From the NCBI GenBank assembly GCA_963727625.1, contig CAVSHR010000005.1, positions 192,001-256,000 of the forward strand: a stretch of DNA of 64,000 nucleotides, read 5' to 3'. The first letter of the stretch is position 1, and the number at the start of each line of letters is the position of its first letter. A program made the translations under genes and the position numbers. Under the pieces are notes generated by a model that saw only the letters and a program-made list of their open reading frames with translations, did not search any database and was not told the DNA's origin. Source of the DNA: an uncultured delta proteobacterium. GTDB lineage: Bacteria; Desulfobacterota; Binatia; UBA9968. This document shows, one piece after another, positions 50,654 to 61,095 of this stretch.

Positions 50654-51541
50654 CTATAAGGCGCCGATCGAAGCCAGCGTGCGCTTCACCTCTTCGACGC
50701 CCTCGGGTGAAAGCGGCGCCTGCGGCGGCAGCGGTGCACCGACGGGATAACCCTGCAGCTCCAGCGCGCCCTTGATGCAGGCGGCGAGATTGTACTTGGC
50801 AAAAGCCTGATTCAAACCCCAAAGAGGTCGCTGCAAATCCATCGCCGTCTGCCAACCGCCGCGCCGGCACGTTTCGTAAAGCTCCACGCTCTGCCGCGGC
50901 GCCACACATGCCGGTCCGGCCATCCAACCGACACCGCCGATCAACATCACGCAGGTCGGGATATGCGCCGACGCCGCGAAGACTTTCATCCGCCCGTCCA
51001 CCTGATTGAGGATCGACAACAACCGGCCGGTGTTCGTCGATGCGTCTTTGATGTAACGAATGTTCGGCACATGGCTCAGGCGCTGGATAACCGGCAGACT
51101 CAAGTCCGAGCGTTGGAAGCTTGGATTGGTGTACAACACCACCGGCAAGGAAACGGCATCGGCAATCGCCTTGAAGTACTGAAAAACGCCATCGTCTGAA
51201 ATCGGAAAGTAAGCTTCGAGGATCGCGAGGATCCCTTGGCAACCGAGGCGCTCATAGTCGCGCGCTTGGATGACCGCGTCGGCAATCGTCGTCGAAGCCA
51301 CTCCCGCCACCACCGGCACGCGCCCGCGCGCCGCTTGTACAACGATCTCGACAATGCCGCGCCGCTGTTGCAAAGATAGATACGGAAATTCTCCCGTAGA
51401 ACCAAGCGGCGTGAGCCCATGCACGCCTGCTTTGATCAGATCATCGCACAACCGCGCCAGCACATCGGATTTTACTTTACCGGTAGCGTCGATGGGAGAA
51501 ACCAGATACGGAAATACTCCGTGAAATTCTGCGGCACTCAT
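50654..51541 (-). CDS. Dihydrodipicolinate-synthase-family aldolase/dehydratase
   Basis: [25 protein letters not shown] (Schiff-base Lys). Confidence 0.9.
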   Translation of the reverse strand: MSAAEFHGVFPYLVSPIDATGKVKSDVLARLCDDLIKAGVHGLTPLGSTGEFPYLSLQQRRGIVEIVVQAARGRVPVVAGVASTTIADAVIQARDYERLGCQGILAILEAYFPISDDGVFQYFKAIADAVSLPVVLYTNPSFQRSDLSLPVIQRLSHVPNIRYIKDASTNTGRLLSILNQVDGRMKVFAASAHIPTCVMLIGGVGWMAGPACVAPRQSVELYETCRRGGWQTAMDLQRPLWGLNQAFAKYNLAACIKGALELQGYPVGAPLPPQAPLSPEGVEEVKRTLASIGAL

Positions 51542-51778
51542 AGCCACATAATCTATCATGGTATTTCGATGCGACAAAAGAGTACTTTAAGGCAGGTCTC
51601 CTATTGGCTTGAAAACGACACTTTTCACGCAGTCGCAGATGATTTGGAGTCCGTGACCACGCGTCGGCCCCGGGTGGTGACATCGAGGGCTTTTTTGAGT
51701 AGAGTCCGGAGAGGCACAGGGCACCCGCACAAAACTCCGTCGCAGACCGGTGCCGCTCGATTACTGGAGGTCATTGTA

Positions 51779-53056
51779 TTGGAAACTGCCGCGCGTGAAT
51801 TTCAGATCATGGTCAAGACCATCGGGGCGATCTGCAACCTCGACTGCCACTACTGCTATTATCTCGACAAAGAGAATCTCTACCCCAAGGGCACGAATTT
51901 TCGTCTAGACGACAAGACCCTAGAACGCTATATCGAGCAGCATATTAAGGCCACGCCCGGCGAGATCGTCAGCTTTTCCTGGCACGGCGGCGAGCCGACG
52001 CTGCTCGGCGTCGAGTTTTTCCGCAAGGCCGTGGCACTGCAAAAAAAACATCTGCCCGACAACAAAAAAATCATCAACGGCATTCAGACCAACGGCACGA
52101 CCATCGACGACGAATGGTGCGAGTTCCTCGCCAAGGAGAGTTTTTACATCGGCTTGAGCCTCGATGGGCCGCGGGAGCTGCACGATCATTATCGCGTGAC
52201 CAAAGGTCAGAAGCCGACGCACAAGCAGGTAGTGCAGGCTTTCCACATGTTGCGCAAAGCCAAGGTCCACGTCGACCTGCTGACCGTCGTGCATGACGTT
52301 AATGTTCAACACCCCACGCAAGTGTACCGATACTTGAAAGAGATCGGCGGGCAGTATTTGCAATTTTTACCGCTGGTCGAAAAGACCGGCGATCCGAACA
52401 ACCCCGTGCACAAACGTTCGGTGCCGGCGGCGGCGTATGGAAAATTTTTGAATACCATCTTCGACGAATGGGTGCGGCGCGATATCGGCAAGATCTTCAT
52501 CCAGCTCTTCGACGAATCGGTTCGGCCGTTTCTCGGCATGGAACACGCGCTGTGCATCTACCGCGAAACCTGCGGCGACGTGCCGGTGGTCGAGCACAAC
52601 GGCGACTTTTATTCCTGCGACCACTACGTCCAGCCGGAATTTAAGATCGGCAATATCCACGAACGGCCGTTAGCGGAAATGGTCGACGACCCCAAACAGC
52701 GCGAGTTCGGCCAGGCCAAATGGACCAGCCTGCCGAAGTATTGCCGCGAGTGCGAAGTCTTGAGCATGTGCAACGGCGGCTGCCCCAAAGACCGCATCAT
52801 CAAGACGCCGGACGGCGAGGACGGCTTGAATTACCTCTGCGCCGGACTCAAGGGTTTTTTCACCCACAGCAAACCTTACTTTCAAAAATTTTCCGAATTG
52901 GTCGAGGCCGGCGAGCCGGCGGAGAAATTGATGGAAATCGTCCGCGCCGCCGAGGCCAAAGCTTCGGTCCGCCAGGCCGGCCGCAACGACCCTTGCCCCT
53001 GCGGTAGCGGCAAGAAATTCAAGCGCTGCTGCGGTAGCACCCGGCCGGCTCTGTAA
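51779..53056 (+). CDS. Anaerobic sulfatase-maturase radical SAM/SPASM protein with C-terminal SEC-C motif
   Basis: CNLDCHYC, WHGGEP, IQTNG, YSCDHY, CREC....C.GGCPK, GRNDPCPCGSGKKFKRCCG; likely TTG start after GGAGG (ORF track 51419). Confidence 0.92.
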   Translation: METAAREFQIMVKTIGAICNLDCHYCYYLDKENLYPKGTNFRLDDKTLERYIEQHIKATPGEIVSFSWHGGEPTLLGVEFFRKAVALQKKHLPDNKKIINGIQTNGTTIDDEWCEFLAKESFYIGLSLDGPRELHDHYRVTKGQKPTHKQVVQAFHMLRKAKVHVDLLTVVHDVNVQHPTQVYRYLKEIGGQYLQFLPLVEKTGDPNNPVHKRSVPAAAYGKFLNTIFDEWVRRDIGKIFIQLFDESVRPFLGMEHALCIYRETCGDVPVVEHNGDFYSCDHYVQPEFKIGNIHERPLAEMVDDPKQREFGQAKWTSLPKYCRECEVLSMCNGGCPKDRIIKTPDGEDGLNYLCAGLKGFFTHSKPYFQKFSELVEAGEPAEKLMEIVRAAEAKASVRQAGRNDPCPCGSGKKFKRCCGSTRPAL

Positions 53057-53157
53057 CATAGACCTGTTCGTTTCGTGTTACTCGCATGGCGCGTGTGCAA
53101 AGCCTTAAGGTCTGGCGGCCCTTTCCTGCAACCTTAAGCAGTCAACGATAGGATTGA

Positions 53158-53267
53158 CTCGCGCCAAGGCGCAAAGCACGCTAAGTTCGGAAAGGGATCA
53201 TGGCTACCTTACAGACGATCCTCGCTATTCCTCTCCGACCTTTGCGGCCGTGGCGTCTTTGCGCGAG
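53158..53267. repeat. Imperfect 28-bp inverted repeat element
   Basis: CTCGCGCCAAGGCGCAAAGCACGCTAAG versus reverse complement CTCGCGCAAAGACGCCACGGCCGCAAAG (21/28 identical). Confidence 0.65.
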
Positions 53268-53336
53268 GTATTCCGATATGTCATCGCGCCGATGGTGCAG
53301 CGGATCTTTCGTGGTAATTAATTCCGAGGTGACAGC

Positions 53337-54227
53337 ATGACCCTCTACGACGACATGATGGAAGGCGTGATCGATATTCACTGCCACATCGACTTTGAAT
53401 TCTCCGCCAAGGAGCGCAAACGCGAGCCGGAATTTCTCTGGCTGCCGAAAGCCGAGGCCATGGGCATGCGCGGCGTCGTGCTCAAGTCTCACTGGTGGCC
53501 GACCATCAACGTCGTGCCCTACATTCTTTCAACCGTGGAAACCAAAGTCGCGCTCTGGTCGAGCGTCGCGCTCAACAGCACCGCCGGCGGGCCGAATGCC
53601 TGCATCGTCGAGGCCTGCGCCGAGCTCGGCGGCAGGATGGTCTTTCTGCCGACCTGGAGCGCGCGCAACGACGTCGAGCGCAAGGGCTTCAGCAACCGCC
53701 TGAAATCCTACTATCGGAGTCATGCGAAACTCGAGAATCCCAATTATTATTTTCTCGACGACAAGGGCAAGCTCATTCGGCGCGGCTATGAGATCATCGA
53801 AGCCTGCAAGGCCCGCGATCTCACCCTCGGCATGGGCCATGTATCGTGGCAGGAATCGATGGCGTTCATTGAGGCGGCGCGCGATATGGGCTACAGCCAT
53901 AGAATCGTCGTCAACCACGTGCAGAGCCACATCATCGCCATGCCGGTCGACGCCATGAAACGCGCCGCGGAGATGGGCGCATTTCTCGAAGCCTGCTGGA
54001 ACGCGCTGGCGCCGGGCCGGATGGATTCCCCTGAACTGGTCAAGCAATTTCGCGAAACGGGTCTAAGACAGGTGATCGCCAGCACCGACTACTTCCGCCC
54101 CTACAGCCCCAACCCTGCCGAACTTTTCCGTATGTATCTCGGCATGCTGCACGAAGGCGGACTGAGCGAGGGCGAAGTCAATCAAGTCGCATCGATCAAT
54201 CCGGCGCGGCTGATGGGGCTGGCGTAG
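53337..54227 (+). CDS. DUF6282-like/PHP-amidohydrolase TIM-barrel metalloprotein
   Basis: IDIHCH, GMRGVVLKSH, GGPN, LPT, MGH, NH, STD. Confidence 0.8.
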   Translation: MTLYDDMMEGVIDIHCHIDFEFSAKERKREPEFLWLPKAEAMGMRGVVLKSHWWPTINVVPYILSTVETKVALWSSVALNSTAGGPNACIVEACAELGGRMVFLPTWSARNDVERKGFSNRLKSYYRSHAKLENPNYYFLDDKGKLIRRGYEIIEACKARDLTLGMGHVSWQESMAFIEAARDMGYSHRIVVNHVQSHIIAMPVDAMKRAAEMGAFLEACWNALAPGRMDSPELVKQFRETGLRQVIASTDYFRPYSPNPAELFRMYLGMLHEGGLSEGEVNQVASINPARLMGLA

Positions 54228-54233
54228 ACTGAA

Positions 54234-54432
54234 CCGGGATTCCGCAGTTGGTTGTGAATCATTTCGGTCGGAGAAAAAAGTGATTATAGGTTTGGTCTTT
54301 GAGAGCCCTGGCAAGTTTCAGAAATCACCCGCTTCAACTGCGCCGCAGTTAGAATCGCTACGGATAAGTATTTAAAACGTAAGCACAATTCTTATTCGTA
54401 TATCTCTTGGGATTCTGACTGCGGAATCCGGG
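54234..54432. mobile_element. 199-bp MITE with terminal inverted repeats and a 5-bp target duplication
   Basis: Left CCGGGATTCCGCAGT and right (reverse complement) CCCGGATTCCGCAGT; CTGAA directly flanks both ends (54229-54233 and 54433-54437); AT-rich interior. Confidence 0.8.
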
Positions 54433-54880
54433 CTGAATGACATCCGTCCACCAGCGTGAGTAGGATCAATCTGACGCGCAGACTTGCGAAAATTTTGCGA
54501 AGCATGGCGGTCACTGGGTTGTGTCGATGCGGCGTAGCCGGTTAACGCCGCAGCTCGTCACGATTATCTGCGCCCTTATCCACAGCGCCGTGCGCCAAAC
54601 ATTCCCGCGCCAGCAGCATCTTGCCCAGCCGGCGCCCTGCACAGCAGGGACACTTTTCACCATAAGGGTAGGTCGCTGTGCAGACGGTTTCTGTCTAATA
54701 GCTGAAATAGTTTTCAGCGAACTGCTCAAGACCTCCCGCCCTCGGCCAGCCGTGTACGGAGGCCTTCTAGTTCTGCCGCGCGGTTCTGCTCCTGAAGGCT
54801 TGTCCCTCATCACGCAGCCCATCGGAACCCTCTCTCTACCGGCCCCGGCGCCGACGCTGCGCCGCACGGGCTTTGTTTTG

Positions 54881-56412
54881 CGTTGGTCTTTTTCATATTG
54901 ACTGTTCCTTCTGATCTAAGGTTTCCGATGGTTGTAAAAGCGCCGCGGCACTGGTCATCTCGACCCGGTTGCGTCCCGCCTTCTTGGCTTCGTACAGCGC
55001 TGCGTCGGCCGCGTGCACCAGGGATTCCATATCGCTACCGTCCTCGGGAAATAACGCCACGCCGAGCGACAGCGTCACCGGCCCGAGCACCTTGCCGTCT
55101 GACTTCACTTCGAGTGCCGCGGCTCCTGCGCGAATGGCCTCGGCGCGCTGCCGCGCGTTGTGGTGATCCATCTGCGGCAGCACCAGGCAGAACTCCTCGC
55201 CGCCGTAGCGACAGGCGATATCGTCGGCGCGAACCGAGCGGACAAAAACGACCCCAGCGCCTGCAACACGGCATCGCCCGCATCGTGCCCAAAACTATCG
55301 TTGAAGCGCTTGAAATGGTCCACGTCGATCATGACGATCGCCATCGGCGCACCGGAGCGCTGCGCCCGGGCGAACTCGCGCACCAGCGTCTCGGTCAGGT
55401 AGCGCCGGTTAAACAGACCGGTGAGGGGGTCGCGGATCGCCTGCTCCTTTAGGGTCTGGCGGAGCCGGATGTTTGCGAGCGTGATCGCGAGCCCGTCGCC
55501 GGCCAGGGTGACGAGTTGAAGTCTCGATTGGAGCGTCGAGGCGTCGGGACCGCGCAGATGCAGTACGCCGAGCACTTCGCCGTAGGCCATCAGGGGCACA
55601 CATAACGTGGCGCCCACTTTAAACGATCCGGCGTGCTCGCAGGGCGGGGTGGAGGTCCCGTTGCCGAGGTAATAATTGCCGCGCCTGAGTCCCCAGCAGT
55701 GCTCGGGACTGAACGGCATCACTGCATCGGGCCACTCGCCCCACGTGGCAGCCGGCGTGAGTTGGTTGCGCGAGGCGGCATAAATATGCAATGCGCCGGT
55801 CGATGATTCGAACAGCTCGGGCGCGGCACGGCCGAATATGTCGAAGGCCTCATCGGAACTCGCGCAGGCAAGAAGCAGGTCATTCATCTTGGCAAGCGCC
55901 GCGCGTTCCACAGTTAACCGCTGCGATTCCTCCGTCTGACGTTGCAACGCGTCGTTGGCGGCTGCGGCGGCGAAGATCCGCTGGTCCAGCTCGGTGGCGA
56001 ACTGCAACAGCTCCGCGTCGGCGCGCTTGCGCTCGGTGATGTCGCGCATGATCGTGGACAAGGTCTCGATCTTCCCGTCGGGGGCTTTGTGACACAGGAT
56101 GACTTGGGAGACGGGTATTTCTGGGCCGCGACGGCTTAACAAGACTGTCTCGCCGCTCCAGCTGCCCTGGCGGACAGCAGCGGGAATTCCTTCGCTCAAT
56201 ATTGGATGACTGGCGGGGTCGGGAAGGAAATCGGCGATGACAGTTTTGGTGATATCTTCATCAATACCCACGCCGAGCAGAGATCGGCCGGCGCCGTTCA
56301 TATAGAGGATGCGTCCGTCCGGATCGCTGGTGGCGACTAAGTCGGTGGTGGATTCGAGAATGGCAACCATTTGGTCGCGGGCCACTTCCGCGCGCTTGCG
56401 CTCGGTGATGTC
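54881..56412. repeat. Copy 1 of a ~1.53-kb near-identical direct repeat (copy 2 at 58264-59796)
   Basis: Continuous match by eye; about five substitutions and one 1-bp indel seen. Confidence 0.93.
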
Positions 56413-57366
56413 GGTAGCCACACCGACCAGATACGTACCCTTTGCCGTGTCTGCTCTCGTCGCATTCAAACTAAAGTCGCGTATCCCGGACTTGGTGACG
56501 AGGCGCGCCTCGGTGATCGCCGCGCCTTGTTCGAAAACTTGCTCGATTGTTTGGCCAACCGCCAGTCGGTCCGCCTCGTAAATTGTGTTTAGCGCGTTGG
56601 TTGCCGCCATTTGTGTATCGGAGAGGCCGAGTACATCCCTCATCTTGTCGTTCCAGCGGATAAACCCCCCGGTGGACTCGAACACGCAGAACGGGTCCGG
56701 CAGGCTTGCGATCAAAGTGTTGGTGAAAATCCTTTCGTCGATCAATGCCTGTTCGGCTTGTTTGCGTTCAGTGATTTTCACCTGCAAGGTCTCGTTAGAT
56801 ATTTCGAGGTCGTGCGCGTGGCTCTCAGCTTTGTTGCGCGCGCCATGCAACTCGGCGAGCGTATGCCGCAGGGCACGCAGCGGGAGGACCCGCAGCGCAA
56901 CAAGGATCGCCGCCGCGAGGAATAGGCCGAGCACCGCGGCGAGGGCCGTTTCCTCCAGTACTGGACGTAGCGAGTGCTCAACGCGGATCACCGCGACCTG
57001 CACTCCAGCGTCAAACAGCGGCGCCTCAACGCTGAGCGTAGGTGACGCCGGCGACGGACCGGTCCGCGCGATAACGCCGCCATCCTGCTCGATGAGAATG
57101 GCCGCGACCCGGCCGCTACTAAAATCGGCCAATTCGCGGCGCAGAAGCTCGCCCAGGTGGGATAGAAACTTCCATCCTCTCGGCTGCTCGAAAACCAACC
57201 GTGACATCCTCAGTGACAGGAGGTTGGCCTGGCCGTCGCTCGCGGTTTGGAGATTACGATACACGGCCAGAAAGTAGCCGAGCGGCAGAGTGAGCGCCAC
57301 GAGAATGGCGATCGTTACAGCGACGCTGGTGATGATCCGTGCTGGGTCTTTGGACGTTGACAGCAT
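54893..57366 (-). pseudogene. Membrane-sensor PAS-PAS-GAF-GGDEF diguanylate cyclase, frameshifted near 55243
   Basis: Start MLSTSKD; 2 TM; a 1-bp deletion relative to the paralog (gacaaaaacg versus gacgaaaaacg) shifts the frame before RYGGEEF. Confidence 0.85.
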
Positions 57367-57376
57367 TTTGCCTCGT

Positions 57377-58183
57377 TTAGCGCGCCGGGATTGGCACCTG
57401 ACCGGTGCGCTCGAGGATCGCTCGACCCGCTGGAGACTGGATGAACGCCGCGAACCCACGTGTGCTCGCGCCTGCGCGCGGACCAATAACAACGTAGAAA
57501 CGTTTGTTCAATTGGTAGCGACCATCAGCCAGCGTCTTGGCGCTGGGCGACACACCGTCGAGCTTGAGGATCTTGGCATTACGCCTCTCAGACAGCAGCA
57601 ACGCGAGGCTCGTGGCGCCGAGCGAACCCTCGGTGCGTTCGATTAGGTTCGCGGCCTCCGTGTCGGTATCTGCGATCAACATGCCCTGGCGCTTGCCGGC
57701 AGCCGCCACCGCGTCGCGCAAGCCTGGTGAGATATCGGATAAGATTTGTGTGTCAGTGTCGCCTGATGGGCGTAGTACGAGCCGGACCCTCGTGCGATCG
57801 GGCCAGTGTGGGCGCCTCGCGGCGTAGAATTCGGCGAGTTCCGCCACGGTCACGCCGTCGATCGGGTTCCCCGGCCAGCTGGCGAATATGAACGGCGTGC
57901 GGGCATATTCGATCGCCGTAAGAGCATGATCCTTTTCCTCCGCGCTGAGCGGCCGCGAGATCACCGCGACCTCGATGGCTCCGGCGAGCAGGGCCTTGAT
58001 GGCACCGCTGCTTCCCAGCGCGTGCAGCACGCTCATCCGCGTCTGCGTGTTGGTGGCATGGAATGCGTCGGCCTGCAAGCGCATGGTGCCGAGCGCAGAC
58101 CCAGTGCCGCCGATGCGGACATCCTCGGCGCTAGCGAGGGCCGCGCAAAATACGAATGCCGCGGTAAGAATAATTTTCAACAT
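57377..58183 (-). CDS. PstS-like periplasmic substrate-binding protein
   Basis: Signal peptide, RIGGTGS, LGSSGAIKAL..G, SRPL, WPD.T..RLVLRP; start MLKII (ORF track 58279). Confidence 0.85.
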   Translation of the reverse strand: MLKIILTAAFVFCAALASAEDVRIGGTGSALGTMRLQADAFHATNTQTRMSVLHALGSSGAIKALLAGAIEVAVISRPLSAEEKDHALTAIEYARTPFIFASWPGNPIDGVTVAELAEFYAARRPHWPDRTRVRLVLRPSGDTDTQILSDISPGLRDAVAAAGKRQGMLIADTDTEAANLIERTEGSLGATSLALLLSERRNAKILKLDGVSPSAKTLADGRYQLNKRFYVVIGPRAGASTRGFAAFIQSPAGRAILERTGQVPIPAR

Positions 58184-58263
58184 GGCTGGCTCCCGCCGCT
58201 GGTGAGTTGATCCAGGACTTGAAAACTGATCGGCGCTTTCGCTAGCGCAATGGTTTTGCTGTT

Positions 58264-59796
58264 CGTTGGTCTTTTTCATATTGACTGTTCCTTCTGATCT
58301 AAGGTTTCCGATGGTTGTAAAAGCGCCGCGGCACTGGTCATCTCGACCCGGTTGCGTCCCGCCTTCTTGGCTTCGTACAGCGCTGCGTCGGCCGCGTGCA
58401 CCAGGGATTCCATATCGCTACCGTCCTCGGGAAATAACGCCACGCCGAGCGACAGCGTCACCGGCCCGAGCACCTTGCCGTCTGACTTCACTTCGAGTGC
58501 CGCGGCTCCTGCGCGAATGGCCTCGGCGCGCTGCCGCGCATTGTGGTGATCCATCTGCGGCAGCACCAAGCAGAACTCCTCGCCGCCGTAGCGACAGGCG
58601 ATATCGTCGGCGCGAACCGAGCGGACGAAAAACGACCCCAGCGCCTGCAACACGGCATCGCCCGCATCGTGCCCAAAACTATCGTTGAAGCGCTTGAAAT
58701 GGTCCACGTCGATCATGACGATCGCCATCGGCGCACCGGAGCGCTGCGCCCGGGCGAACTCGCGCACCAGCGTCTCGGTCAGGTAGCGCCGGTTGAACAG
58801 ACCGGTGAGGGGGTCGCGGATCGCCTGCTCCTTTAGGGTCTGGCGGAGCCGGATGTTTGCGAGCGTGATCGCGAGCCCGTCGCCGGCCAGGGTGACGAGT
58901 TGAAGTCTCGATTGGAGCGTCGAGGCGTCGGGACCGCGCAGATGCAGTACGCCGAGCACTTCGCCGTAGGCCATCAGGGGCACACATAACGTGGCGCCCA
59001 CTTTAAACGATCCGGCGTGCTCGCAGGGCGGGGTGGAGGTCCCGTTGCCGAGGTAATAATTGCCGCGCCTGAGTCCCCAGCAGTGCTCGGGACTGAACGG
59101 CATCACTGCATCGGGCCACTCGCCCCACGTGGCAGCCGGCGTGAGTTGGTTGCGCGAGGCGGCATAAATATGCAATGCGCCGGTCGATGATTCGAACAGC
59201 TCGGGCGCGGCACGGCCGAATATGTCGAAGGCCTCATCGGAACTCGCGCAGGCAAGAAGCAGGTCATTCATCTTGGCAAGCGCCGCGCGTTCCACAGTTA
59301 ACCGCTGCGATTCCTCCGTCTGACGTTGCAACGCGTCGTTGGCGGCTGCGGCGGCGAAGATCCGCTGGTCCAGCTCGGTGGCGAACTGCAACAGCTCCGC
59401 GTCGGCGTGCTTGCGCTCGGTGATGTCGCGCATGATCGTGGACAAGGTCTCGATCTTCCCGTCGGGGGCTTTGTGACACAGGATGACTTGGGAGACGGGT
59501 ATTTCTGGGCCGCGACGGCTTAACAAGACTGTCTCGCCGCTCCAGCTGCCCTGGCGGACAGCAGCGGGAATTCCTTCGCTCAATATTGGATGACTGGCGG
59601 GGTCGGGAAGGAAATCGGCGATGACAGTTTTGGTGATATCTTCATCAATGCCCACGCCGAGCAGAGATCGGCCGGCGCCGTTCATATAGAGGATGCGTCC
59701 GTCCGGATCGCTGGTGGCGACTAAGTCGGTGGTGGATTCGAGAATGGCAACCATTTGGTCGCGGGCCACTTCCGCGCGCTTGCGCTCGGTGATGTC
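58264..59796. repeat. Copy 2 of the ~1.53-kb direct repeat
   Basis: Matches 54881-56412. Confidence 0.93.
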
Positions 59797-60972
59797 ACGA
59801 AAGAACCATATCCGCCCGCAGTATTTGCCGTCCTCCCCGTTCATCGGCGCGGTATAGCGGTCGATGATCCTGCCATCCTTGAGACTGATCTCTTCATGGC
59901 TTTTCTCCGAGCTGTGCTCATACAGATATTTGACGCGGGCAAGAAATGCATCCGCGTCCTTTACCTGTGCGACGACCGCTTGAAGCACCGGCTCATCAAC
60001 GCGTGCCTCTACCATCTCTTGCGGCAGTCCCCAGAGCTCGACAAAGTGCCTATTGTAGGAAATGATTTTTGCCTGCTCGTTCACCACGAGGATCGCGTCC
60101 GGCGAGACTTCCTGCTGCGTAGTCAGAAGGACGTTCTTGAATTGGAGCTCCTGGTGCGCAAGCGATTCGCTGAACAGATGCAGCATGCTGACCAGCAGGC
60201 CGGCCATCGCGCAGATGTACGAGCCGGCCTTCAGCAGGTGGGCCGCGTCGAACATCATGTCGTAAACCCGGCCGGAGAAGGACATGAACATGGTCTGCCC
60301 CATGAAGCTGACAATAAGGCTCAGCACCAGCCAGTGCTCGAACGCATCTAATTTCCATTTGCCCTTGCGCAGGTAACCGATCAGGGCGAGCAGAAAGAAC
60401 AACGCGGGGACAAACTCCTGCGGCCGCGGGAAAACGAGCTGCCGATAGTAAGCGGCCGGCAGCGGCACGAACGCGACGACGGCAAAGCACGCGAGCGCCA
60501 GCGCAACGACGGTACCGTAAACCAGACTCTCACTGACCCGGCCCGCCGCGCCGCGCCGGTCTTGGCGCCGCCACATCAGCCAGCTCAGCCACAACAGCAT
60601 GGACAAGAAGATGCGCGACGCGAACCAGCTCCAGGCGATGAGCGCAGGCGGAGTCGACGGAAATGTTTCGATAAAATGGGAAGAGCTGACCACCGCGTGA
60701 TAACCATCTAGAAAAGCGGTGGCGACAAAGCCCGTGCCGATGAAGAGGAACGTGTTGTCCTTGTTACTGTAGAACCGGAGCAGCGCGAGACAGCCGACGG
60801 CAAGCGACAATACCGTCGCGACCGTTTCCATCAGGGTATGCAGCTCGATATCACCGTGCCAAGTTGAATCTCTGAGGTAGAGGTAAGCGAAGAAAAGGAC
60901 TGCAAACATGGCGACGTAGGCAAACCGCCTGCGCCTTACCACCGTGCCATCGATATCGGGCAAGTCATCCAT
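58276..60972 (-). CDS. MASE3-PAS-PAS-GAF-GGDEF diguanylate cyclase (intact)
   Basis: LHTLME, FLDGYH, HLLK..SY membrane sensor motifs; two PAS ending DITERK; DPLTGLFNRR, DVDHFK, RADD I-site, RYGGEEF. Confidence 0.92.
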   Translation of the reverse strand: MDDLPDIDGTVVRRRRFAYVAMFAVLFFAYLYLRDSTWHGDIELHTLMETVATVLSLAVGCLALLRFYSNKDNTFLFIGTGFVATAFLDGYHAVVSSSHFIETFPSTPPALIAWSWFASRIFLSMLLWLSWLMWRRQDRRGAAGRVSESLVYGTVVALALACFAVVAFVPLPAAYYRQLVFPRPQEFVPALFFLLALIGYLRKGKWKLDAFEHWLVLSLIVSFMGQTMFMSFSGRVYDMMFDAAHLLKAGSYICAMAGLLVSMLHLFSESLAHQELQFKNVLLTTQQEVSPDAILVVNEQAKIISYNRHFVELWGLPQEMVEARVDEPVLQAVVAQVKDADAFLARVKYLYEHSSEKSHEEISLKDGRIIDRYTAPMNGEDGKYCGRIWFFRDITERKRAEVARDQMVAILESTTDLVATSDPDGRILYMNGAGRSLLGVGIDEDITKTVIADFLPDPASHPILSEGIPAAVRQGSWSGETVLLSRRGPEIPVSQVILCHKAPDGKIETLSTIMRDITERKHADAELLQFATELDQRIFAAAAANDALQRQTEESQRLTVERAALAKMNDLLLACASSDEAFDIFGRAAPELFESSTGALHIYAASRNQLTPAATWGEWPDAVMPFSPEHCWGLRRGNYYLGNGTSTPPCEHAGSFKVGATLCVPLMAYGEVLGVLHLRGPDASTLQSRLQLVTLAGDGLAITLANIRLRQTLKEQAIRDPLTGLFNRRYLTETLVREFARAQRSGAPMAIVMIDVDHFKRFNDSFGHDAGDAVLQALGSFFVRSVRADDIACRYGGEEFCLVLPQMDHHNARQRAEAIRAGAAALEVKSDGKVLGPVTLSLGVALFPEDGSDMESLVHAADAALYEAKKAGRNRVEMTSAAALLQPSETLDQKEQSI

Positions 60973-61095
60973 CCTATTTCACCGCGTCAAAGAGTGTCTC
61001 CCGTTGTTTCTTGACTTCAGCGCGTGCCGCTTCAAGCCAGAGTGCGGGGCGCTTGGTGGACGAGTCATCCGGATCATTATCTTCATCACGATTCC

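Noticed and set aside
51640-51765. Possible riboswitch upstream of the radical SAM gene
   Set aside because: It does not match the SAM, glycine, GEMM or Moco cores; the long ORF-track N-terminus from 51419 is also rejected because it overlaps the divergent gene
55105-57492. 795-aa ORF as an intact diguanylate cyclase
   Set aside because: Its C-terminus is out of frame and lacks GGEEF because of the 1-bp deletion
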